Shown: in pieces, positions 13,396 through 25,807 of the stretch
Position numbering within the stretch: the stretch's first letter is position 1
How the letters are laid out: every line of letters starts with the position of its first letter
Source of the DNA: the human T2T-CHM13v2.0 reference genome, Homo sapiens
Reading direction: 5' to 3' (one strand)
DNA: 64,000 nucleotides
Assembly: GCF_009914755.1 (NCBI RefSeq)
Contig: NC_060927.1
Notes under the pieces: generated by a model
Seen by the model: the letters and a program-made list of their open reading frames with translations, nothing else
Databases searched by the model: none
What the model was told of the DNA's origin: nothing
Made by a program: the position numbers and the translations under genes

Positions 13396-15819
13396 GTAAG
13401 TTCACCTTTTCTATGCGGACCTAAGGTCATCATTATGAACAGTACTTATGTAGTATGTGTGGTAGTAGATATTACCCTTCAGTGTATTTCTCCTATCTGT
13501 ATCCTTGCCTTTACCAGAACTTCCCATAGTTTGTCTTCTGTAATCCAGTCTGGAAAGGTGTTGAAATTCTATGTTAAGTAAGAACACATAGAGTTTGAGA
13601 GAGACTTTCCTAGCTGAATTTTAATACCGGGTTTACCTTGGGCATTCACAGGCTCTTTCTGGAGAATTGAAGTTTAGGACTTTTCATCTCTTAAAAATGA
13701 GGGTGTTTTATTGTACTGTGCTGTGGTAGCACTTTTTTTCCCTTTGAAAATGAAGTCATTATTAATAGATGCAAAGAAATGGAAAAAGATTCATTTTTGA
13801 GAAGGATTTTGAGATAGGCATGAGGAATTCTGAGTATGCTGAGTACATCATTTGCTGCATGAAGATGATGCGGCTCCTCTTGTTCTGAGCTGCAGCACCG
13901 TCTCTGTGGCTTCACTTAGGGGATATTTTGAGGAACTGCACTCAAGTTTGCACCAAATGCCTCCAGACTGTTATGTTTTTCTTCCACCCTTCCCCCCTTA
14001 TTTGCTATCTTTTTAGCTTTCTTGGTTTTTCACTGTCTCTGCTGTTTGAAGTGCTTCAGTATTTATAACATGGAGAGGAACTATGAGTTTCCAGGTCAAC
14101 CAGATAACCATGCCTGTTACATCAGTGACCTATCAGTGTGTATGAAATTGAGTATCTAGGCCCTCCTGTTCCAGAAAAGTGCATGAGAACTTCCTGAGCT
14201 TGATGTGTATTTCCCGTGACAGGCTCTGAGGATAAAGATGCAGACAAGGCTTGTGCAGCTGGAGGTTCAGTGGGGTGGTTCAGTAAATGGGATCATAAAG
14301 ATGGGGAGAGAAAAGCTTGAGGGTCCTTCAAAATCTCTTGCTGCTGTGCAGTCAACAAGGGCTACCTGCACGTTCCAGTGTCTTCTAGCACCTTCTGGCA
14401 TCCTCTGCATGGAGTGTCATTCCCTGGAATGTACAGAGGGTAAGCACATGGATTCTGAGAAGTGAGTGAGCTGAGCATTTGGGGGATGTTTCAACCTTCC
14501 GAACGTAACTGGAAGAAACTGGGATGTAGAAGCTGTTTCACTCGTCCCTTTCTCTCCTTTATTCCCTCTTAATCTCTGCCGTAAGCGTTTTTCCATTTTA
14601 GGTCATCTGCCTTTCACAGACATTTGGTAAAAATATATATATATTTTTCGGAATGGAAACCTGAAGGTGTGCCATCACTCCTAAACACTGAGGATGCTCA
14701 GTGTTTTTGCTCTGGGGTATGAAACCACTCTTATTTTATTCAATTAGCTGCAGTTCACGACGAAAGGAGCAAGTTGACAGGGAGGCCTGGCAAAAGGTGG
14801 CATTCGTATGACAACAAACACCTCTATAGAATAGCATATTTATGAAGTGCTTCCTGTCAAGATTAGAGTGGGGATGGCAGGCATCCTATTTTCGAGATGA
14901 TGAATGTGAGGTAGAGATTCAGGAGCTTGGGCTGGTCTTTTATCCTCTCAATGTTTATCTTGTGTCTTCCTTCCTCACCCTACTCTGGGCCCCAAGACTT
15001 CTTCCCTCCCTGCTGCCCCTCACTTTTCACCATCACTATCCAGGCTTCTAATTCCCACCCTGGACTCAGCTTCCTCCCACACATACACTGGTGCAGCTAT
15101 TTCTCTTTCTCCTGTTTTTCATCTTGTTTAAGTCTCTTTAGTCTCATAAACTTTCAGGTTCCACCACTGTGTCTTCTCAGGCTAAGAACAAGAGGTTTTT
15201 TCTTAGGTAGAAACCTCGTGCAGGAGAAAGAGGACTGGGGGATTTCTTGGCTCCTTCATTTCCATCTTGACTTAAAATATAATCAATTTCTTCAAAAGAT
15301 GTTGACCAAGGGCCTGGAGATCACCAGGTGTCTCGACCATGGAGGCATCCAGTTTCCTGGGCTGTACGTGCACAAGGAACCCCAAGAATGGGCTTATGGT
15401 GGTGGTGGGGGACAGAGAACATTGCTGGGGAACTCACCCAATGACTCAGGACAGGCCTGCAGTTGGGGCTTTCTCTGGGAAGGAGAGCGAGTCTTGGGCC
15501 CTAAATGCCAGGCCTGTGGGTGCCTCTGAGTGACGAGGCCATCATGGCACAAAGTAGGGTGGACATAGCAATCCCTCCCATTGCTCTTTCCTTTCTGTTC
15601 CTCTTCCTGTCACCAGAAGGAAAAATGGATAGTGATAACAATGGCCCAAGGAACATCCGGAGACTGAAGAGGGTCCCCCAGGCTGTCCAGGGGAGGTGAT
15701 AACGAAAGAGCCACGAGTGGAATGATGCCTTCTGTCCGGAAACAACCTTAGCAGTGGTGGTTCTGGACTAAGAGCAGCCCTCCAGATCTTGTTGAGATTC
15801 TTATTTATCTTTGTGTTAA

Positions 15820-15990
15820 TCTCTAATGTAATTTTGAGTACTTGTTATGTGCCAGACATGATGCCCTGGGCCTTATATACATTAGCCATTTAATCCTAAT
15901 CTGTACCTTATAGATGGACAAACTGAGGCCCATTTATAAAGTGTTGAGGCCCAGAGCTGTGTTACTCAGTGAGTGAGTGCCACAATTGAG
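15820..15990 (-). mobile_element. MIR SINE
   Basis: ttgagtacttgttatgtgccagac...ttatagatggacaaactgaggccca. Confidence 0.65.
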
Positions 15991-16721
15991 AGCTTCAGGG
16001 CCCATGATCTGAAGCAGCTCCTGCCACCACCCCTTTTTTGAAGCCTCAGCTGGTCCTTGGACAGGATGGAAGCTGGGATTAAACTCGAGGGTGTAGATTG
16101 CCTGACACCATGGTGGACACATGTTTTCTTTTTCTTTCCTAGGTTCCCTGCTCTATAGGGGTCAGTTTTCTCATGGTCTCCTGATTCTTTTTTCATTCCA
16201 GAGGTGAGTACTTCTTCTCAGAGCCTTCTCCGACCAGATTGGCTGCCCTCAAACTTCAATTTGGCTCTGTCTCTTCCTGTCTCCAGCTTGTGCAGGCAAA
16301 GATGTGGTTGCATTAGCCACAAGTTGTGGATCACATCCCCATGCCCCTTATGCGAATATGATAAATGAGAGAGACAGTGGAATTTTCTTAGGGAGACAGT
16401 GTGAAAATATGCTACACAGGCATTCTGCAGCTGCTTTTGTCAGAGGCTTGTGAAACACTGAAAAAGGAGTGTGGGGAGGCCCATGCCATTGGTGGCTACC
16501 CTCCCACTGACAGCCCCAGTGTATGGTCAGACAAACGTGACATGGGGCTTCTCAAGGTGCAGGGAAGAAAGGCTTCTGAAAACTGAGTTTACAGATTGGA
16601 GCTGTGGGATACAAGTTTCAGAAGTCTTATATTCTCTGTGGTATATTCAGACCAGGGGGACCTGCTATACAGTTGGGGTTTTTCTGGCACCTGGTGATGG
16701 GATGCTGGCAGGGTGGGATGG

Positions 16722-16809
16722 GTGTGTGTGTGTGTGCGCATGCATGTGTGTGCATGTGCATGAGTGAGTGAATGTGTGTGTACATATGTGTGTGTGTGCA
16801 TGCACACAC
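16722..16809. repeat. Compound (TG)n/(TGCA) alternating purine-pyrimidine repeat
   Basis: Directly visible. Confidence 0.9.
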
Positions 16810-18239
16810 TTACCTTTGTCTATGGGGGATTGCTACAAATAGCCACCTGATTAACTTTGGTACCTGTAGGCTGTGGGCTCCTGGCTGCTTGAGGATAGCA
16901 CCCTGTGTAGAGTAAGCTTTGTAAAATACAGGCGGTGGCTCATCCAGGATCAGGTTTCTGGAGGCTGTATAATCCATTACAGTTGCATGCTCTGTTGGTT
17001 TAGAAGAACAACATCATCCTTGTTTATGAAAGCCTAACTAGTTGTAACTCAGATATCACAGACTCAGTATGTAGAGAGACATGTGTGGCAAGTTTGGTTT
17101 AGCATTTATCTTTAAAAAAATCAATGCCTAATATTACCTCAGCACTCTCAACATTTAGCTATACACTTTTTAACATTTTTACACCTGTAACCTTTGCTTC
17201 TGCTCAAACCTTTGCATCTATTCTACCCCAGAAGGCTGAAAGAATCCCCCTTTCAAGCAAGGTGGTGCTGCTGCTCTCCCCTGTGTACCTTTCCTTGAAG
17301 TCTGAGGAATCTCTCTCTCTCTCTGTAAAGGAATTGAGAATGCATTTTATAGCCAAGATTTTTTTCTTGGTCCTCCAAGGAAAATTCCTGTGTATACATT
17401 GAGTTAAAAGGATAAAGACTCCAAACTCTGGTACAAAGCAGAGAAATGGATCCTGACATGGACGGTTTTAGTCTAAACAAGATGCCCCTGATAACAGAGA
17501 TCCAAAGACTAATTGCATTTGTACTGGAAATAGATTCTCAGACTTTAGTTGCCCATAAAAGTGTTTTCTCCGCCCTGCCATCTTCCTAGCTAATTTGATG
17601 TACTTCCTGCTCATTGTAGCCATTCTTCCAGTAAGAAAATCTTGAACTAAACCATTAGACAACAGTGACAATTTTCAAGATACATATATAAGTCATTTTT
17701 GGATTAATATGGGTTATCCAAATTAGTACTTTTTTCATTGTAGTTTATAAATATGGTTTTCTAGTAGCTCAGATGAATGGACCACTGATACAGCCTAAGT
17801 TATTGTTTCATCACCTGTGGGACCGTTAAATTAAGTCTTTCATCTGGTCATGTAGTCTGACCCTAACTGGTCATTACCTTGCTATGTGTTGTTGGCACCT
17901 GGGGGCCCAGGTGAGGGTGGATGATTGAATGAGCACAGATTCAGCCCTTCGTCTGGGTGAGGAATTAAGCATTGTGGGATAGGTTTCCCTCTTTCTGTAA
18001 GGTGGAGGGAATGATGTATCCATTCACCTATCCATCCATCCACCCATTCATCTATCCAGCAAACATCTAAGGACCCCATGGTGAGCTGGGAGTTTACAGC
18101 CTGGTGGAGAAGCCAACAGTCCCAAAGTGCTGGCAAAAGTTTATTTTGAGCAGACTGCTAGAGGCTTTGGACAGTCTAGTAGGTTGGAGGGGAGGATACA
18201 ATTCAAGTTAAATGACATCATGAGTAAATTTTAGAAGTT

Positions 18240-18718
18240 CTTTATTGAGGTTTAATTTACATATAGTAAAATGAATAAATCTTAAATGTACATTTGGTGG
18301 CTTTTTTTTACAAGAATATACACCCATGTGACAACTGGGCCATCAAGACATAGAATATTTTCATCATCCTAGAAAATGTCCTTCCAGTCAATTCCCCCTC
18401 TGGTGAAAACCACTATTCTGCCTTGTCACCATAAATCAGTTTTGCCTGATCTTGTGTTTCATAGCAATGGTGTCATACAGTTTGTACTTTTTGGGTCCAG
18501 TTTCTTTCACTCCACATCATGTCTGTGGGAATCATCCATGTTGTTGCATGTGTCACTGGCTTGTTCTAATTTTTGGTGAGCAGTATTCCATTGTATAACT
18601 ATGCCACAGTTTGTTTATCCCTTCTCCTGGGCATTTGAATTGTTTCTAGTTTTTGGCTATTTTGAGTAACACTGCAGTGAACATTCATGTACAAGTCTGT
18701 TTGTGGACATACACATTC
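18240..18718 (-). mobile_element. L1M (ME/MD-type) 3' end fragment
   Basis: tttattgaggtttaatttacatatagtaaaat...catccatgttgttgcatg...gtattccattgtat...gaacattcatgtacaagtc. Confidence 0.85.
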
Positions 18719-20537
18719 AAAGTGGATGAAACACAGATAAAGAGAGTCAAAAGATTTTCAGTTATTCAGGGTGAGGAAACTATAACAGAGAAATCCAAGG
18801 GTGATTGGACTTCAAGACAGGCTAAATGTGTCCCCTCTGAGATGCATTACCTCATTTGAATGTATTCATTACATGAGTTGTGTGAAGAAATGAATTAATC
18901 ATGGTGCCTTCAGCTTAGTCATAGATTATCTTGCAGGAAGGGAGGTTCCTAATGGACCCCATTTTCGACTCACTGGGGAAGCAGCGACCCTTGGGAGTAA
19001 AGCTACAAGACATCTCTGTGTTGAAGAGAGGACTGTAGGCTTCCCATTGTGTAAGAGAAATTCTGAATTTTCCTATTGGTCCTGATTCCAGCTTCTGGGC
19101 AATAGTTTAGGCAGAGGAGGCAATGATGTGCCCTGCTCTCAGCCACTGAAGTTTCAAGTCAGAAGACCTCTAGTGCTCAAGGCTCTCATCTCCCCGGCTA
19201 TGTGTATGTAGCAACATGGAAGGCCAGCGCCTTGTGATAGACAGTTTAATCTTACCTGCCTGCTGTGAGGTACACTCACCATCCCAGAGAATTGCAAAGT
19301 ATAAATTGTCTCTTAACACTGATAAACAGTAAGGAGGAGGAAAAAGCCCTGACAAAATATTACAGCTTAATTGTATTTCTCAGCTGGGCTCAGGAAACCT
19401 GCTTCCTCCTTAGGCGAATGCTATTTACGAAGTCTCCCAGCCCCACAATAATTATTTCTTTAACCCCTGGTGGGATAGCACCTTAGCATGGAATGGGACT
19501 GCACTGCCAGGGAAGCTTAATGAGGCTGTCTCAGGTTCTTATGTGGGTGAGGTTTGCCTTCATTAGGTGCATGCATCACTGTGACTTCTGGCTTCGGGCC
19601 TCAGGGGTGGCAGGAGGACAGGCTGCCCCTGAAGATAGAGGCTGTTGGGGAAGGGGGTGGGGAGGAGGAGGCAAGACTTTCTGCTGGCCTGGTTTTCTAG
19701 TACACAGGTGTTTGCAATTCTAAATAAATGTGCAGTGTCAGGACTCAGCAGCCCATCAGCTGAGACTTATAATGAGGGCTGAGCAGGGAAATAAGATTGG
19801 CCTTCTTTGGGCACTTGTCATTATGTTGGGTAGACCCAAATTCAGGCCTAATTATGTGTGTGTGTATATATATATACACAATAGTCTGGAAGAACTGGGT
19901 TTGGGGGTGCAAGAGACAAGGGGGGTGGCCACCTGTCAGAAATATTGTGTGCTCTGAAAATCTCCCTGTGTGGAATCTGGAAGCTCATTGCTGTGAGCAT
20001 TGTTTGTTTGTTTGTTTTTTTTTTTTTTTTTAAACTTTGAGCGATATCTTTATGCCTTCTGCAAAGTTTTGAAAAACACTATTTGAATAGCCAGTCAGAA
20101 AGAGGGGCCAGAGGCAAAAGCCTTTTCCCTTCACAGAGCAGTGTCCACTGGTGACTTACAAAGGCCCATCTGGTGCCCTCGGCAAGTGATGGCTGCTTAT
20201 TTCACCTAGTTGATCATTTACTCCTGCATTTGTCTGTTTGCTCATTTATTCATTCATTGCTATCAACACTTAAAATAAAACCCCAACTCCTCATGTTACT
20301 GAGTTGAATAGTGTCCCTCCAAAATTCATGTTCTTCCCTGAAGCTCAGAATGTGAACTATTTGGAAATAGAGTCATTGCAGATATAATTAGTACAGTTCA
20401 GATGAGGTCATACTGGAGTAGGGTGGGCCCTTAACCCAATATGACTGGCGTCCTTATAAGAAGAAAAGAGACACAGAGTGACACACAAACAGTAGAAAGA
20501 CCGCCATGTGACACCAGAGCCAGAGATTGGAGTGATA

Positions 20538-20944
20538 TTAGGTTGCTGTGAAAGTAATTGTGTTTTTTGCCATTAAAAGTGGCAAAAACCGGCTGGGCAC
20601 GGAGGCTCATGCCTGTAATTCCAGCACTGTGGGAGGATGAGGTGGGTGGATCACGAGGTGGGTGGATCACGAGGTCAGGAGGTTAAGACTAGCCTGGCCA
20701 AAATGGCAAAACCCTGTCTCTACTAAAAATACAAAAATTAGCCGGGTGTGGTGGCAGGCGCCTGTAATCCCAGTTACTTGGGAGGCTGAGGCAGAGAATT
20801 GCTTGAACCTGGGAGGCAGAGGTTGCGGTGAGCCGAGATTGCAACACTGCACTACAGCCTGCGCGACAGAGTGAGACTGTCTCAAAAAAAAAAAAAAAAA
20901 AAAAAAGAGGTGGCAAAAACCACAATTACTTTTGCACCAATCTA
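20538..20944. mobile_element. MADE1 (Hsmar1-derived MITE) split by an Alu
   Basis: Left arm ttaggttgctgtgaaagtaattgtgttttttgccatt; right arm tggcaaaaaccacaattacttttgcaccaatcta; TA on both sides. Confidence 0.9.
20591..20906 (+). mobile_element. AluS (Sg-like) with internal 16-bp tandem duplication
   Basis: Full dimer plus poly-A; gaggtgggtggatcac twice (20639-20670); TSD core gtggcaaaaacc on both sides. Confidence 0.95.
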
Positions 20945-21344
20945 TACATCTGTAGGCCAGGGCACCAAGGATTGCTTACAACCGCCAGAAGCTAGGAGGC
21001 TTTTCTCACAAATCTGTTTTGCCTGGTCTTGTGCTTCCTAGAAATGGTATCATACAGTATGTACTTTTTTGGGTCTAGCTTCTTTCATTCAACATCATGG
21101 GAATCATCTGTGGGAATGATCCATGGGATCTGTGGGAATCATCCATGTTGTTGCATATGTCACTGGCTTGTCCTGTTTTATTGATGAGCAGTATTCCATT
21201 GTTCAGGGAAGGACATGAATTTTGAATGAACAGATTATCCTTCTGAGTCCCCAGGAAAAAACCAACTCTGCCAACACTTTGATTTTGGATTTTTGGCCTT
21301 CAGAACTATAAAAGAATAAATGTCTCTTGTTTTAAGCCATGTAG

Positions 21345-22178
<834 letters not shown>

Positions 22179-22199
22179 TTAACATTATCTCATGCTAGG

Positions 22200-22890
22200 A
22201 AACCTAAAACAAAGCCAGTTCCTGCACTCATGGGCTTATATTCTAGTAACTGATACACATAGATGTGAAGAATGACTGGGTTTGAGGGAAGGAGAGTTCA
22301 CTTGGTTTGGGAGACCCGGTAAAGATTTCCTGAGCAAGTGATATTTGAGATTTGATTGTGGCATCAGAGTTGACCAGGCAGAGTCTGTAAAAGCCTTGTG
22401 GTGGAAAGGAGTGTGGGTGTGTTTGAGAAAGTGAGGAAGGCTGATGTGGCTGGAGAGCTGAGAGCCAAGGGAGTGACTGAGGGGCGGGAGGAAGCCAGAG
22501 CATCCAGGGTCTTGTGGGCTAGGAAAGGACCCTGGTCTTTATCTTAAGAGTGATGGGAAGACTTTGAAAGAATTAAGAGTGGAAGAGAGGCAGGAGGGCA
22601 TTACATAATCTAATTTATGTTTTGCAAAGTTCGCTCTGGTTGCAGTGTGGTAAATGCCTTGGGGTGACCAATTAGGAGGTTACTGCATTTGTCTGGAGGG
22701 ATGCCTGAAGATCCTGAGAGGTGGCAAGATTCAAGACAGATTTGGGGATTAAAAGTGGACAGGATTTGGAAATGGATTGGAGTCAGGAGGTGAGGGGAGA
22801 GGACAGTATCAAGGGGGGCTCTCAGGCTCTGGACATGTGTGATGGAACAGATCATGGCACCATTCATAGAATAAAGGAACACTGGAGGAC
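22200..22890 (-). mobile_element. L2 fragment
   Basis: cctgcactcatgggcttatattctag...gtgtgtttgagaaagtgaggaaggc...aggaggttactgca...aggatttggaaatggattgga. Confidence 0.8.
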
Positions 22891-23060
22891 TGTGTGTGTG
22901 TGTGGAGTGGGGGAGGTGCAAGGGTTCGGGGCTGGGAGGAGATCTTTCATCCCTGACGGTTTCTGCAGCACTGCTGTGTTAGGTGTCTTCCACCAGCTCC
23001 AATGGAAATAAGAAGTGACGCCTCTGAAGATGGCTTTGATTCTAGCAAGTCCTGTGCCCT

Positions 23061-23523
23061 TGTAGTAACAAGATGGGTGCTCTCCAGTGAACCACTGATC
23101 TTGGTATTTATTCATGCCCTTGGATAGCCCCCACCTACACTGGCTCTAGGCTTGGCCACATGACTTGCTTTGGCCAATGGGACCCTGGTAAACATAAAGC
23201 AAACAGAGGCTAGATAAGCACTTGCCCACTGGGGCTTATCTTCTTGGAACTGTCTCTCAGAAGCTTGCTGCCATGTTATAAAGAAGCTCAGATGGATCAC
23301 TGGATGATGAGAAGCCTCAAGGAGAGATGCCCTAAAGGATGAGAGGCCATCTTGAAAGTTCCAGCCCCTGCAGAGCTCCTACCTTAATGCAGCCACACAA
23401 GTGACCACAGCTATTCCACAAGGAGCAGAACCCAACCAACCCACAAAACTGAGAAAAATAATACCTTGTTGTGTTAAGTCACTAAGTTTGAGTGGCTTGT
23501 GATACTGCAAGAGAACTGAAGCA
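23061..23523 (+). mobile_element. MLT1 (F/G/H-like) LTR
   Basis: cttggccacatgacttgctttggccaatggga...ttgttgtgttaagtcactaagtttgagtggcttgt...gaactgaagca. Confidence 0.8.
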
Positions 23524-25360
23524 GACCTCTTCAGACAGATTAAAATGGGGGACCCTGGCTATTGCTGGGCTCCTCTGGGAAGAGTCTCCTAAAGAGATGT
23601 CTTAGGCCCCTTTGCCCAAATGGCTGCAGAGGGTGAGTACTGATGGCTCTCCCACTCCCCACCTCCCTTCTTTCTAATTTTTTCCTTCACCATCCCTTCC
23701 ATGGCCTGTATCTGTGCCTGGTTTTCCTCACCTCTTTCCTGCTCTTTCACTTCGATAGCTGTGGGGAGCCCTCAAGGCTACAGAAACTTCAGAAACCTGG
23801 TTCAGGATATGCATCATTGCCTACTCCCCCCATTTCTTTTGTCCCCTGTCCTAGCACTGGAGCAAAATTAGGTCTCCTTTGTATTTTTTTAATGAACAGG
23901 TTTAGCCACTGTTAGCTGGCTATTACATTGGACTGAAAATGCTGTTTGTGAGCCATTGTCAACAGAGACTGGGACCAACACTGACACCTCCTTAATTATG
24001 TGCCATTAATGATATACACACTGCAGTTAAGGGAACATTGCAGATCCATTTTCTTGCTTTAATTCAGTGCTGTGTTGTATGAAATGCTAATGAGTCCAGA
24101 ATTCTCAAAGGTCATAATCTGAATACATTTTCTTTTCTTCTTTTTAGGGCAATAGGGATAGAATTCAAAACAATTAAAATGAAATTTACTTCATCATTTG
24201 GCTAACAACATCCTTGACTGTACTAATTACACTGAGGGATGTATTCATTCACTGGTCATTTGGGCAGATCTGAGTGTGCTTGATTTCTTTTAAGGTCTGC
24301 AGCTCTGAATTCTACACAGGATTTTCTTTTTTAGCTGCTCACCCCATTGGTTATGAGACATAACTGGGGAAAAAAAGTCCATCTAAACCCTTAGAATATG
24401 GAAAGTGCAAATTTAGCAGAACCAGCATAGAATTTTCCAGGGAGTCATTTATCATCCTTAGAAAGTTTTGGTTCTTTGCAAATAAAAAAAGAGAAAAGAA
24501 AGGTAATTGCCATGCTCAGCTAATTGACAGAATTGTGTCAGAAAAAGGAGGCATTTCAACACTGCCTCCGATGATGACATTTGAAGGTTGTTCCCATTCT
24601 CTCTTCACTGCTAAATTAGGTAATCATTATTTCCCTGTGAATCTTATTAATCTAATGGTTGCTTCTCTCCCCTAGCCCCCCTCAGTTGGTTTTGAGACTC
24701 AGACAGAAATGTGAAAATGAAATGCTGAAGGTCAGAAAATAGTTTGGTCAGTTGAATTTGTATTCTCCAGTTTTGTGGTTCAGATCTGAAGTAGGAGAGG
24801 ACAAGAGGGAATAAGTTTAAATTGCAGTCAGGGGAATTCAAGTCATCTGTTAAAAAGGACCATCTCATTATATGAATGAAACCCAGAAGGTTTGAAATCT
24901 CTGCTGGTGGATTTTAAGAACAGGTTATTCCACTGACGTGCTGGGATAGTGGAAACCAAGAAGCTAGAAAAAAGCCCAGAACAGTGATTCTCAGGCTTTT
25001 CTCTTTTTGGATGGCTTTAGTGGGCACAAGAACTGCACTGGGTACTCAGGGGTAATGGCAATCTCTGAGTTTTCCCTGTAAAAAATAGTGCTCATCAGAT
25101 GTAGGGCTTCTAATATGGTTTCTGATGAGACATTAATGAGATAATGACTGGTTTAAGAAAACCGATGCTTGGTTTTCATTAGACATTATAACCAAAATAC
25201 CAATTTGTGTTTGAAACAGATAGTGTAGGCAGTCTGTTGGCAAAACCAGCGCTTCCTCGGTAGGACAGATTGACAGCAGCCCTTAATGACACTTGGAAAA
25301 TAGCTGAATGTCCTGTGTTGGTAAAGGCAAAATGTGAAGGATCTGCACACTAATGGTGGC

Positions 25361-25807
25361 TGTCTTGGTCTGTTTTGTGCTTTTATAACAGAATGCCACA
25401 GACTGGATAATTTATAATGAAAGAAATTTATTGGCTCAACATTCTAGAGGCTGGGAAGTTCAAGGTTGAGTTTCCAGCATCTAGCAAGGGTCTGCTTGTT
25501 GTGTCATAATGTGGTAGAAGGCATCTCATGGCAGAAGAGCAAAGAAAGAGAGAGGAAGAGAGAGAGCAGGAGATGGAGAGGAAGGGTGGGAGAAAGAAAG
25601 AGATAAAGGGGGCTGAGCTTGTCCTTTTATAAGGCATGCACTCCAACAATAATGAATCCACTCCTATGATAATGGCATTAACCCATTCATAAGGGTAGAA
25701 CCCTCCTGGCCTAATCAGCTCTTAAAGGCCTCACCTCTGAATACTGTTATAATGGCAATTAAATTTCAACATGAGTTTGGGAGGGGACACACATTCAAAT
25801 CATAGCG
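25361..25807 (-). mobile_element. MST (MSTC-like) solo LTR
   Basis: tgtcttggtctgttttgtgc...aatttcaacatgagtttgggaggggacacacattcaaatcatagcg; perfect 5-bp TSD gtggc (25356-25360 / 25808-25812). Confidence 0.9.

Noticed and set aside
14927-15529. 200-aa ORF, the longest non-L1 ORF
   Set aside because: Non-ATG start, low-complexity Phe/Ser/Leu content from a CT-rich tract, no recognisable domain.
16792-16809. 18-bp palindrome gtgtgtgcatgcacacac (similar one at 44903-44920)
   Set aside because: Trivial product of adjacent TG and CA microsatellites.
21100-21150. Short repeated gggaatcatc units as a CRISPR-like or minisatellite array
   Set aside because: Only 2-3 irregular overlapping units with no spacers; explained as slippage within the templated insertion.
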